Shown here: piece after piece, positions 23,243 through 35,947 of the stretch
How the letters are laid out: every line of letters starts with the position of its first letter
Numbering within the stretch: the stretch's first letter is position 1
Assembly (NCBI RefSeq): GCF_000143415.4
Contig: NW_003314290.1
Location: 1,222,932-1,286,931, forward strand
Reading direction: 5' to 3'
DNA: 64,000 bases
Source: Selaginella moellendorffii
Taxonomy: Eukaryota; Plantae; Lycopodiophyta
Notes under the pieces: generated by a model
What the model was told of the DNA's origin: nothing
The model's database searches: none
Seen by the model: the letters and a program-made list of their open reading frames with translations, nothing else
Program-made: the position numbers and the translations under genes

Positions 23243-25792
23243 ATGGGCAGCACAGCGTTCGCCGCTCTTCCCTCCTCCATTGGCGGCTGCGCCCTTCATC
23301 TCGATCTCGTCTCTCCATTGCCATCGCAATACAGGAAGGTCGGCAGCGCCGCTCCAGGTCTGTCTCTAGAAACCCGGAGGACGTGGAGGAGGAGGCGCAG
23401 GGGCAGAGGGAATCCGATCAGCTTCCTCATCCCTGCGGCAGCATCCTCGTCTCCGATCCCAGCAGCGCCTGGATTATCGTCCCCGCCGAAGGAGAATTTC
23501 AGCTTGGATGCCATAGCATTGCTCCAGTTTTTGCCCTTGAGCAAGACCCTCCCCAAGATTCTTCCCCTCCTCCGGCCGCAAATCCCACGGATTCTCAGCG
23601 CCTGGGCCTGCGCCGCGGTGTCGGTGTCGGCGCTCTACGCTTTCGTTCCCCAGGTCGGCCAGCTCTCGAGCCTTTTGGCCGCGGGGGATTTGGTCAGTGT
23701 TCGCCGAAAGGCCGCCATGGCGATCTTCCTTATCAGCGCAAAGTCACTGGCACAGTACTGGCAGCAGGCTTTGCTCTGGGAGGTTGCTCTTGGCCTGACT
23801 TGCGACGTCAGGTGCCATGTCTTTGAGACGGTGCTGAGAAAAGATATGAGCTACTTTGAAGGGCAGAGTGGAGCTGCCAAAGGTGACATTGCTTACCGGA
23901 TCACGGCCGAGGCGGATGCTACTGGAGAGACTATCTATGCGTTCTTAAAGGTAGCACTGTTTTTTTTTTTTGTTGTCGTTCGCTCATCTTGGTTTTGTCT
24001 TCTAGATGGTTGTCCCGTGTTTCTTACAGCTTGCAGCTATGGCTGGTCGAATGCTTTCACTAAGTCCCGTGCTTTCCTTCGCAACAGTCTCTGTAAGTTT
24101 CGAGAGTTTTACCGAGGATCGTCTGTGACGCTTGTTTATGGAGCATTTCTTTTCAGGTAGTGCCGTGTATGTCTGTGGTTATTGCTATTCTAGGGGAACA
24201 GCTTCGGGCCTTGTCAAAAAGAGGTCAAGACAGCATCGCGAGATTGTCAGCCTACGTTAATGAGGTTTGTAATTGCGGCCTCTGCTGTCTGCGACTGAGG
24301 ATACTCGGTTTTTTCAGGTTTTGCCTTCGATGCTAATCGTCAAAGCTTGCGCGGCGGAATCTTACGAAGACGAACGGTTTAAGAGGCTTGCTGTTATTGA
24401 TCGGCAGGCTCATCTCATGAAGAAGAAGATGAAGGCTTTTATTCCAGAGATTATCACTGGGGCTTACGCAGCAACTGGAGTTGTTCTATTCGCTCTGGGA
24501 GCATGGGTTATCTCTAAAGGCAACTTCGACGGGACTGGCATGGTGTCCTTCATCACATCTCTGGTGCTGCTTATTGAGCCTATCCAGGTAGATTTGTTCT
24601 TTGACTGTGTTTTGTTTTATCAAAATCTAGAAGTGGTGAATGCAGCAAATTGGAAAAGCGTACAATGAGATGAAACAAGGAGAGCCGGCAGTGGAGCGAT
24701 TGTTTGACTTGACTGCGTCGTTTCCAAAGGCAAGTTCCTGTCAATCTAAGCAGCGTCACTTACGGTGTTTTGGTGCAGATTCTTGACGAAGAGGCATCTC
24801 GTAGGCACTTGAAGAATGTGATCGGCGATGTCGTGTTTGACAACGTATGTTTTAGTTATGGGGCTACATCACCACGGGTTCTGCAGAACATTAATTTTCA
24901 CGTGTGTGCTGGTGAAACTGTTGCTCTCGTTGGACCATCTGGCGGTGGAAAGACCACACTGGCAAAGTTGCTGCTGCGTTTGTACGAGCCTACGCAAGGT
25001 ATGAGTGGTGCGTATGAAGGATTTCGCAGTAAACTTTTGACGTAACAGGAAATATTCTAATTGATGGGGAAAATATACAAGGTGTTTCTTTGGAAAGCTT
25101 GCGGCAACAAGTCGCGATTGTTCCACAAGAAACTGTAAGATCTTGTTGAACCACTGTGTAACAGATTAATGATCTTTTTATGGGGCAGGCACTCTTTACG
25201 GGAACTGTGATGGAAAACATAGCTTATGGGGTGATGCCGAACGACATCGACATGAAAAGAGTGGAACGCGCTGCGACGATGGCCAACGCCGACGAGTTTA
25301 TCAGGAGATTACCAGATGGTTACGAAACTAATCTCGGCGAGCGGGGCTCAAGCTTAAGTGGAGGCCAGCGCCAGAGGTATGCCATGCTTGTTTCCTTCTT
25401 TTACATTTTCTAAGCAGCGGATATGCAGAATAGCTATAGCGCGAGCAATATATCATGGGCCGTCGATCCTCATCCTTGACGAGGCAACATCAGCGCTGGA
25501 CAACCGGTCCGAAAAGCTTGTGAGGGAAGCGTTGGAACAGCTGATGATTGGCCGGACCGTAAGTTTTTCATCGTGATATCTCATTCGAGTGCTCAGCAAA
25601 AGTTTGACGCAGGTGTTCATCATAGCTCACAGGCTGGAGACGGTCCAAAAGGCCGCGAGAATTTTCCTCCTTGACGGTGGCAAGCTGGTGGAGGAAGGAA
25701 CGCACTCGTCACTCATAGCCCGAGGCGGGCAGTACGCGTCCCTGTTTAGCGCCGGCAGGGACGACGTAAGGCCACAACTAACAGCCAAATGA
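23243..25792 (+). CDS. ABCB29: Half-size ABC transporter, B family (ABCB29/ATH12-like, plastid transit peptide), multi-exon
   Basis: Ser/Arg-rich transit peptide, transmembrane domain ([24 protein letters not shown]), Walker [10 protein letters not shown], signature LSGGQRQR, Walker [18 protein letters not shown]. Confidence 0.9.
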
Positions 25793-26431
25793 GCACGACA
25801 AGCAGGAGAAAAGGCGATACAAGTTTTGTCCGATCGGTTACAGGTACGATGGCTTGCTTCAATTCAAGCTTAGATTGACTCTAACTGGATTATCGCCTTG
25901 CAGAGATGGCAAGAAAGAGTACACTTTTAAAGCTTGTACGATGATTAGCGATGGTGTCACTGTCTCTCGAGACACTTCACGCTGCAAAGACCCACCGCCG
26001 CGGTGCGCTGTTACAAGAGTCTCATTGGTAGGTTACCAGATCCATTGACAAAGAACAATCTGGCCAAGAACAATCAGGGCAGCGAAAGAAATATGACTAG
26101 TCGGTGATCTTTCTGGAATGCGTAGCGGCATCGGGTATGACCTGTTTGATATTTAGGAAATAAAGGGTCTTTGTCCACAGTGTGGGCTATAGCCTTGGGA
26201 AGAACACAGACAAACAAGGGAGAAAGAGTGGTGCTCGTTGATCGCGAAGATACCGAGGTTTGGACGGCGCGGATATAAAAAGCCCCATCGCGCCGTTGGC
26301 TTGAGCTCCATTTGCGAGAGAAGAGGGGGGAAGGAAGACGAAGAAGGCGCGCGCGCTCCAAGTTTCTTGGGAGGAAGACTCGATCAATGCGGCTGGGTTT
26401 CTGGGCTTAGATCCCATCCAAGGACGCTAGA

Positions 26432-26776
26432 ATGGATTCGATCGATCCGGCAGTGGTGGCGCAGTTCTTCCTGGGGTCCGACAGCGCGCCGGGGAAGAAG
26501 CACTACCACTGGCAGTGCAATTGCGCGCTCCACGCGCAGACTGGGCAGTGCGGGCACTCTCCTCCCGCGGGATCAAACAAGGTAGTGCTGGCCAAGAGCG
26601 CCAAGAGCAAGAGCGTGATCGCCAAGAGCGCCAGCGCCACGGATCTCGCGCCGGCGGCGTCGCTGCGCGAGAGCAGCCGGCGGCAGGGATCCATGGGGAA
26701 CCTGCTGGAGCTGCTGGATCCGCGCAGGAGCCACGAGGAGGTCCGGCGCGTCGCAGCAAAGCGAGAGCCACTGTAA
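26432..26776 (+). CDS. Small single-exon orphan protein (114 aa) with a CxC-x8-CxH (SWIM-like) motif
   Basis: Strong GC3 bias, TATA-like TATAAAAA at about 26275, AT-rich 3' flank, motif WQCNCALHAQTGQCGH. Confidence 0.55.
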   Translation: MDSIDPAVVAQFFLGSDSAPGKKHYHWQCNCALHAQTGQCGHSPPAGSNKVVLAKSAKSKSVIAKSASATDLAPAASLRESSRRQGSMGNLLELLDPRRSHEEVRRVAAKREPL

Positions 26777-27395
26777 AAAACAGACGATCGAAGACGATCG
26801 AACTACCTCGTTAGTCGAAGATCGAGAGAAGTCAGTCTATAAATTAGCTTGTAGAGAAACATTTAGTATAGAAGTTTACATAGATGTTCTTCGCGAGCTC
26901 TTGGAAGAAAAATAAAAAAAAACTTTCACCACTCCATGTTTGCAATAAAAATCTTCCAACAGACTGGACGATCCTGACACACCGCCCAAGAATTTAATGG
27001 CTTTCCTCCAAGATCACGAGAAAGGGGCGTCGTCCCGTTCGTTACTCGTCCTTCTTCGTGTGGGAAAAACAGCGTTGATTCTCGGCGACTTTGCCAAAGC
27101 AATGCCCTCGTTGATCTCTTTTTTTGATGGTTTTGTCTTGTCGATGCTCCTGGGCTTCACGGGACAAAGGCTCCAAAGCACGAAGACTCGCACGTTTTCT
27201 CTCCTCTTCGATGAACAGCTGTGATGCACTTGCTGACGGAGAGCATATTTTCGCTGGCACCACAAGGAGAGGCTGGTAGTAGAAGTACCATCATGTCCAC
27301 GAATATAATAGACACCTGGAACCAAAACCTCACTACCTCGAGAAACGGGAAGAGCGAGACGAAACTGTGTAACCTACCTGAGAGAGATTGGACGA

Positions 27396-30310
27396 CTATT
27401 TCATGTGCTCCAAGACGCTCCTCGCAATCTCGTCCAGGAAAGATACGAAGCCTGTCCCGGTGGGAGCCCCATTGACGTCTTGCTCCTCTATAAGATGCCT
27501 TTCAAACGGTTCCACGTTGTCGAAGCCAGCCCGGATCATGTAGAGCTTAGGTGTCACGCTTCGCTCTTGCTTGAGCTTGTTTATTAATTCCCGGAGAGCG
27601 CCTAGAATCATCGAGATCTTTAAAAGTTAAATCTTGGAAAGCACAAAAACTTACTTTTGTGAGGTGGAGGGAATGAGAGCGCTGGGTCTGCGGTGGACGC
27701 ATAGTAGACAATAAGCAACGTGTAAGCGTCCAGGAAAAAGATCGGGCTTCCACTGGTTATCAGTGCAGCACGGCTGAGCGAGTGTCTTGGGTAAGCTTGC
27801 TTATCAGGAGAAGTGTAGGACGATAGAAGCGGATAAACAACTCGTACCAAAGAGCTTGGCTCGAGAGCACTGCAATAAAAAAGGAAAAAGGGTGAGACAA
27901 TGATGTCAACTATCTTACATTGTACCTGAAAAGGAATTGCAGATACACTCGATAATCGGGATGGACGCCTTCCTCATGAGGCCGCAAAACTGGATTTCGG
28001 AGGAAAGCAAAAGCCAGCCTAGGAAGTACTTGTAACGACGGACATTTGGCAAACGAAACGTCTAGCCGAACTGCTGTTGTGGGCTGCCCGAACTGTGCTA
28101 GCTTAAGGAGCTCGTTGTATTGCGCAACAAGTATAATCAGCCAGTCTTGTAGTAGCAGTCGTCCTTCCTTGACACCATCCTCCAAAGAAGCGCGAATCGT
28201 CTGCGAGACACAACACATTGGAGATCCTCACGCCCGTCAACTAAAACACACCTTATGAGTTAAAATACAGAAGATAGCTTCTGCGTCAGCTCTCTCGTAG
28301 AGCTCCTTGTGGTTCCGAGCGATCTCCATTCGTAAAGTGCGTAGCCTCAGCCATCTCTTCGTCGTATATTTTTGCCTGACACAGACCGACTCAGTTCGTG
28401 AGGAAAGGACTTACAGTGTATACCTCTTCGGTGTACTCTCGTGCTCCTCGCTCACGGGCTCCAACGTCGTATACTGAAAAGCAACCTGAATAATGGGAGT
28501 GTCCGTAAATCTGAAAGCATCAGGATTTTGGGTCATGTGAATTAAAAGCTTTTGTAACAAACCTTTGAAACCCACTAGAATTTCCAAAATCAAAATCATA
28601 AGCGTAAGTTGCATGAGGATCGCAACAGATAATATGCTGGACATTTTCATATTGAGGATCAGAAAAGAAGTGGCCATACTGTACGAGTACAAAGTAAGTA
28701 GTCAGCGAATCCAGCGCACTGTACTTACTGAGTGAACGGTTTTAAATTCTGGAGAAGTTCTAATGCGTAGTACTCCACTATAGGCACAAGGCCGGCTTAG
28801 CATTCGATATCTGAAAAACGAACCCGACAAATAAGAATGCAACGACAAAAATCGAATACATACAAATCTTGGGGCAAAGTTGATTCTTCGGTGTTGGAGT
28901 AGAGAAAAAGCGAGCCACCACTCTCCACACTCAGAAACTTCAAAGAGGCCAGATCTGTGTACTCATTGGTGATGGCGAAAATGTCCACGCAAATGCCCAC
29001 TTGTACAGCCGTCGCTGCCTGTAATGTCACTGATAAGCGTCTGCACACGAGGCTCGGCTATCAGCTTACCAGCTCTCGATAAAAGGGAGTCTGTTCTGCC
29101 AAGAGGATCTTGTCGGCATCTTCTCCCTTGCTTGCATACTGCTCTCCGTAGCGTTTCGTGTCTAGCTGACCAGCTCCATAATCAGGCGCTCCAGATATGA
29201 AAGAAAATATCCTCGCTGGCGATGCAACACCATTAGTATGTTTGCTTTTGAACACTTGAAGCTCACCAAAAGCATAAGTAGACCCGTGCTCTGTGCCTAG
29301 ATAACTCAAAAGAGCGTCCATAGCAACGCCAAATCCACGGCCTCCAATGGGAACTCCCTCGGCGGATTGCCCAGCAGCTGTTGCTCTTTCCCACGAGCTA
29401 GTCGGCCGGAGAGTCTCTAAAGCAGCAGCAATGTTTTCTTTGTTCGTTTCCACCTGCGAGAAAACGCTTCGACGTCAAAACTAGAAAACAATGGTAAGAG
29501 GGGAAACAAACAGTACCGGAGCAAGAAAAGCTTTCAAAGGCATGACATCTTCCAAATCAACAACTATTTTCCCATCCATATCTGCGGGAATTACGACGTG
29601 CTTGACGACAGGGACAGCGCCCTGCACATCATAGAGGCCAATCTTATGACTGTACGTTACCAAACCAAACAAGGATCCAGCACGTATAGCTGTGGAATAG
29701 AACCGATCATCAACCCAAGAACTGCTACTAACTAGTAGCGAGGATCGTTACCTTCAAGAGCAGCTAGCAAAGAGTTTTTGACAAGATCGAGGAACTCCTC
29801 CGACGCTGTGAGATCAGCTCTTTAGATGGCTCTAGAATGAAAAAGAAATAAAAAATTGTGCACCTGATAGATCCACTGCTGCCACATAAACTGGTCTCAA
29901 GTTAAGATCCTGGCTGCCCTCCTCTGCAAAGAAAACTCCACTACTCAAATCACACTCGCAATTCTCCCAGGAATCCAGCGATCCATACCTTCCAGCTCCA
30001 AATCCACAAAGGACGACCTCAGCTCCTTGGCATCCCGGGCAAACCGATCCGCCGCGTCGCGCGACAGGAAATTCCGCTCGCCGCACAGCACGCACGACCA
30101 CGCCGATTGATCCACCTCGCACAGGAAATTCATGTACCCCCAGCAGCTGTCGCAGCGGGGCAGCGGCTCCGCGCATTTCACCCGCAACGAAGGCCGCCCC
30201 GTCTCGTCCTCGGCGGCGAATGGAGTGAGCGTCGCGCCCCACGGCAAGCCGGATGCCTCCTGCATTTCGGGATTCCCCGGGCAGCGCCCCAGCGCGAGCC
30301 TCACAGCCAT
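27396..30310 (-). CDS. Sec23/Sec24 family COPII protein (SEC23D-like), multi-exon
   Basis: GLPWGATLTPFA, zinc finger RCDSCWGY..WSCVLCG, RPVYVAAVDLS, LFGLVTYSHKIGLYDVQG, SGAPDYGAGQLD, IFFLDAYT, QERSVTPKL. Confidence 0.9.
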
Positions 30311-30587
30311 CGCGATGCGCGATCGCGATCGATCCAACGCAAAAACCCTAGAACCCTAGAATATTTTTACCTTACGAACAAAACTCTCGTTATTATTTAC
30401 ATAGTAAGAACCACCAAAACACTGGGTTTAAAATCTTCTCTTTTGCTTATTAGAGTGTGGCGCTCTCATGTCGACATAACTAAGTGGATTTGCTGGCCCT
30501 CGAGCGAAGGGACAGTGCTCTCCTCAATGTTCTAGCAAAGATAAGTTAAAAAAAAAAAACCAAAGGCGCGCGTTAGAACACTCTTGA

Positions 30588-32220
30588 TCAAAGGAGAGAT
30601 TTTCTTACTTTGGACGGAGCTCTCGCTTCGTCTGTGAGAGACTGAGGAGCAATCTTGCTAGAACCAGTCGTCGTATTATGTACAGCACCTCTGGTGTTGG
30701 TGGTGGTGGTGGTGGCAACAGTGTTCTCGCTGCTTTCGTGGCCGGGAGTTTCTCGAGCGATCAAAGCAGCGCTGGGAGTTGTCGTCTCGATCGTAGCAGC
30801 GTGATCCTGGTGCTCGGCCGTGCTTGCTGATTGACGAGAAGGATCGGCAGGGTGAGCGAGAGAGGCGGTCGCTCCCGCTTCGTTCTCTTCTTTCTCGACC
30901 GAGATGCGTTCGAGAGCTCGGACCATACCGGCGCTCACTTCCCTGGCACGAGCACCAAAATCAGCCATTGTGCTACCATTTCGCATCCTCAATTTGTCCC
31001 TAAAGCTTTTTGTTGTTTTAGTGAAAGATTCTTTATACCTGCAACACCATAACAAAGATAAGCTTGTAAGAGAACGAGAAAAATAAAACTTTCAAACGCT
31101 CACCTAGAGGACGCAGCAGCCCATCTTGACTTCCAAGACTCCGAGAAGGAGTGAGTTTCAGGAGATCTTCGGTTGCTATCCGCAGTGGAAGCAGCGGTGA
31201 AAGAAACGCGTGGGGATCCTCGAGACCTGCCAGAAGTAAAATCAAGTAAAAGGAAATGCAAGGACTTTTAGCATGCGAAAAGGAGCAAAAGCATTTATCA
31301 CCTCAAGCTGCTTGAATCAACCGATGACGAGCCACTGTCAGGGGTCACAGGCGAGCCATGAAGGGCTGAAGTAGTAACACTCGGAGGCGATGGAGATAAA
31401 GAAAGGCTCCCGGCTGGCACCGATACAGCACCGCTGCTGGGAGCATTCCCATGAGCTGGGACGATCACAAACTGTTGCGGCATATTACCATAAGGAGGCC
31501 TAACGCTGGCGGCATTTGCATTCCCATCCCTCCTTCCTAATTGTCTTCTACCCATCGTCACAAACGTAAGATGGCGCATCATACGTTCTTCGAAGTCAGA
31601 ATCATCACCATAAGCTGCTAGCTGCGATTGTGTAAGAGAAGAAAAAAAGTTACAAGCATGAAAAGCTTTGAAGCTTTGATTTAGCTTACCCGATGAAGTT
31701 CGTAGCCCTCGGGTGGAAAAACACCTATCCTGCTCTGGCGAATTGCCCTTTCATGCTCCACAGCAGCGAGTAATTCTTGGCTGGAAACGAAGTTCGTTAG
31801 AAGAGAAAGCTCTAAAGTGACAGCAAAAGAGTAGAAACTATACCTGTTTGGGTCTTTTAAGCTGAGAGCTTGCCAACACATTGGGCATTCTTTACTTCTT
31901 TGAGACCTGCGAGAAACCTCTAAGATAGATAAACGAAGGAAAAGGAGAAAACTTACCACTCTATAATGCACTGGAGGTGATACTCATGCTTGCAACACGT
32001 AATCTGCAAAGCGGAGCTAAGAATTCGCATAATTTTGACGACACAATCAATCCATGGCTCGCGACATAGATCGGACCCTAGACAATCCAAGCAAAACAAT
32101 TCGAGGGGGGCGTACCACAGCCGGATCGGCATCGCCGAAGCTCTCCAAGCAGATACTGCAAGCGTCCTCGCAAGCGTCCTGGACGCCGCCTTCCACAAAC
32201 GCTGCCGCCGACGAAGCCAT
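30588..32220 (-). CDS. RHF2A: RING-H2 E3 ubiquitin ligase RHF2A-like, multi-exon
   Basis: SAAAFVEGGVQDACEDACSICLESF..|ITCCKHEYHLQCIIEW|SQRSKECPMCWQ; YKESFTKTTKSFRDKL..ADFGA..REVSAG. Confidence 0.9.
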
Positions 32221-32917
32221 CCCCCCGCGCCACAAACCCTAGCGCCACACACCCTTCTCTCTCCCTGTCCACGGGGAGGAGAGAAGTCTCCCTTCCTCGC
32301 TTGATAGGATGATCAAAGAAAGAAACTCAAGACCCGGAATAGTTTGCCGCCCTTCCTTTACGAGGTTTGGACGGCGGATGCGCCACACGACCGTCGGAAT
32401 CTGGATCCGACGGCTAGGAGCAGGCCTGCACGGCAAACAGTTCCAGAACTTTAAGGATCCAACGCCTGTGATTGCGCGAGCTTTCCGTTACGTGATGCAT
32501 GGAAATAGCCCATGGGCATGCCCATGACACGTGGACGGCCAAGCCCTTTGTGACGTGGATAAAACACGAGTCATTAGATGAGAGCATCCAACGGTGCCTC
32601 GCGTCCCTTTCAAGCATTGGGACCGCGGGCATAAAAATACGAATTTTTCGTAGCTCTTCGCGACAATGTTGTCAACACTCCCTATTCGATACTTGCCTGG
32701 TTTTGCACGCTGCCGCATAGAAAAAAAACTCGGCCTGGAGAAGAGATGGGAGATAGTGCTTCATTTAATTCGGGAAGACTGCGAAAGCCATAAACAAGTC
32801 AATCGATGAAACGTTACAGGCGATTTCTACACAACTCTTTTAAAGGAGTTCCTCCAAAGAGAAAATGCAAGCAAAGCTACGGAAAAGTTTAAAGGAAAAG
32901 AATCGAATCACCTTCAC

Positions 32918-33995
32918 TTATGTGTCCTCAACTTGGGAGTAGAATATAAAGCTCGGGAAAGTAGTGGTGATGTCCCTGGAGTATACAAAACAAACCAAAA
33001 GTTTGGGAATCACAGCTAGCCGGAAACTTAAAGCTTACTTCAGATACGGGAGGTTCATGTTTTTCAAGAGCGACGGATGGTGCTGAACGAGGCTCCTCCA
33101 CTCGTCCTTGTCGATTTTGCCGTCGTGCTTCGTGTCGGCCTCCTCGAAGGTCTGTCAATGAAAAAATTTAGAAAGTATGCGAGATTTGAGGCATGTATAC
33201 GCGCGTGAGAGAATACCTTATCGATAATGTTCTCCACGACTTCGTCGGATAAATTTACACCAGACTCGGCTAGCGTGGCCACGACCATTCGCTTCACCTC
33301 CGATCGCTGGATAAAGCCTTCGTGTCGGAAATCATATAGCTGAAATGCAACTTCACAGCAAGGGAAAACGATAAAAACGGCTGACGAACATAAACTCTTA
33401 AGTTACTCACAGTCTATCTTTTGATCCACAGGCGCATTCGGATGGAATATCGACAGCGCTCTCGCAAATTCCCCAAAGTCAAGAGCACCATTCCTCTTCA
33501 CATCAAATAAATCGAACACCTGTAAATGAGCAGTAGACTGTCAAGAAGAAACAAACAAAAAGAAAAACAAAAAAACGGGGAAACACTAGAGTGTCACTTA
33601 CTCTGTCGGCGAACATACTTTCTTTCCTACTGTTCTTAAACAGCGCCAACTTAAATTCCTCCTGCAAAGATTAGTTTTTTAGTTTACATGATTGAGAAAA
33701 ATGCGGAAAGAGCGAATAGAAAACTAAGAAACTCGCCTTGTTGATAAGTCCATCGTCCAGAACCGCGCTGCTTATCTTCTTGAAGAGCTCGTATAAAGCC
33801 TCGACCTCGCTGACACCGACTGCGAGAAGAAAAAAGAAAGACCATCAGCGAATTCCAACAATGAATCACACACAAGAAAAAGGAAGAAAAAGAAGAACAG
33901 AAGCGAGAAATACTACATGTAGAGTCTTCGGCGATCGATTTAAAGTCTTCGACGTCATACTGAAGCTTTTCTTCCTTGGACACACAGCAGCCCAT
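32918..33995 (-). CDS. CBL: Calcineurin B-like calcium sensor (N-terminal MGCCVSK lipidation motif), multi-exon
   Basis: [26 protein letters not shown]|[42 protein letters not shown] (FPSF motif). Confidence 0.94.
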
Positions 33996-34359
33996 GAAGC
34001 AAGCCGAGAGATGATAGAGGTAAGCTAATGCATGGTCAAAGCACCACCACATCATTCTATCTCAATGCGCGCTCGTGGCGGACCTGCATTGGCGCCCAAT
34101 CCCACGATTCCAGCGTCGATCGAGGGACAGAAGCGCGAGCGAGCGATCGAAATCTCAATACCAAAAAATGCAGCAGAGGTATCGAAAAGAATCGATCTGG
34201 GAGTACTCACAATCACCGCAGCTGGGGCGGCAGCATCGCACTGCAGCTCCACTGATGGCGCCCAAAACCCTACCCTAGTGTTTTTTTTGAAAAAAAAAAG
34301 GAGAAAAGAAAAAAGGAGAGAAGAGAACCCTAATTTCCCCGTTTTCTAGGGCTTGTGGG

Positions 34360-35755
34360 ATGCCGCGCTTGAGTAGATCCTCGTCGCCATCGCCGCCTCC
34401 ATCGGGCCGGAAGCGTCGATCGCCGCCCGCTCGGCGCAACAGCAGGCGCTCTCCACACAGGTATCGATTTCTTCGGGGATTTTCTTTCGGGTCGAGCGAT
34501 TTGAGAAGCTGTCCTCTTTGAATGAATCGTTTGGGGCTGGTCTTTGTGACTAAAGAACTCGTCTTTTACACGAAAACCCGGTGGACGTTTGCGAGTAAAC
34601 TTCCACTACTGCGAAGAATGGAAAGTACTGGATTTCTAACACTCTTTTGTCTTGTAGAACACCATCTCCCAGAAGATCCAAGCGACGTGCTATAAGCCGA
34701 AGCCGCTCTCGCTCACCGAGCTATAGATCTCGTAGCCCCGGCCTTAACAAATCCAGACGAGACAGAGACAGAGACAGAGAAGAAGACCTCGAAAAGAAAA
34801 GGTTGGTGTGTTTGCCTCTGGCTCTCAGTACTATGAAGAATTCTTCGTCGCCTGTTAGTAGCTACTGAATCCCAAGTCACTGCTGTGGAGGGCAGTGAGC
34901 GGTAAGCGTCCAGGTTCTCGAGAAAGAGAGCAGCCATTGAGATCTTTGAGGACCCCCCCGGTTTGTTAATCATGGTTTTGTACAGTGGAGCTCAACTCTT
35001 CTAGGCACGGTGATCCGGCAGCGCAGGACACTTCGGTGCTCTTCACACCGGTTTGGTTGGTTTCTACAAGAGGTGCTGTGGTGATCTTGTGCGTTTTTCC
35101 AGCATCGGTCTCTCTTCGAATGGCTGGAAAACGCGTCTCTGCATACTAGTTAAATCGCATTTGGAGTTGCCTGGCTTTGCGTGAAACATCCTAATGGTTC
35201 TATATTACTAGGAGACAGCAAGAGGCCGAGCTCAAGCTCATTGAGGAGGAAACCACTCGGAGAGTGGACGAGGCCATCCGGAAACGGGTCCAGGAGGTGC
35301 TGGACTCGGACGAAATCCAAAAGGAAATACAGATGAGGATCGACGAAGGCCGCAAGAAGATGATCGAGGACGTGAACGCGCAGCTGGCGAGGGAGCGAGA
35401 GGCCGCCTTGAGAGCTACGCGAACGAAAGAGGTGATTGTCTCCTCTCGTTTTTCTTCCTTCCTCTAAAGTTTTCTTCTTTTCCAGGAGCAAGAGCGCAAA
35501 GACAAGGAAGATTTGGATCGGATGCTGGAGGAGAACAAGAGGAAAGTGGAGGAAGCACAGAAGCGAGAGGCGGAAGAGCGAGCTCGAAAAGAGGAGGAGC
35601 GGTACCGAGAGCTGGAGGCGATCCAGCGGCAAAAGGACGAGATAATGCGGAGGAGAAAGCTGGAAGAGGAGCTGGAGCGAGAGGAGCAAATGAAGATCTT
35701 GGGGAAGAAGAACGCACGCCCAAAGCTCTCGTTTGCTCTGGGCCTCAAGGGATAA
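34360..35755 (+). CDS. ARGLU1: Arginine/glutamate-rich protein 1 (ARGLU1)-like SR-related protein, 4 exons
   Basis: RS-rich N-terminus, EAELKLIEEETTRRVDEAIRKRV, C-terminal KILGKKNARPKLSFAL. Confidence 0.88.
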
Positions 35756-35947
35756 ACAAAGACAAAATTAAGGAACAAAGCTTGACGGCAGGAAATGGGT
35801 TTTTGAAAATGACTTGAATTTGACTAACCTTTCATTTGACTTTTTTTACTTTTGTTTGACGTCGTCATTGCATTGGATTCATTGACTTTTGTTTGACTTG
35901 CATTGAAAGAGACTTATTTTGACTATCATTGACGTTTTGCTAGTCAT

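Noticed and set aside
26997-27330. Short ORFs between the microprotein and SEC23D
   Set aside because: Best explained as the SEC23D 3' UTR, which appears to contain an intron at about 27377-27316.
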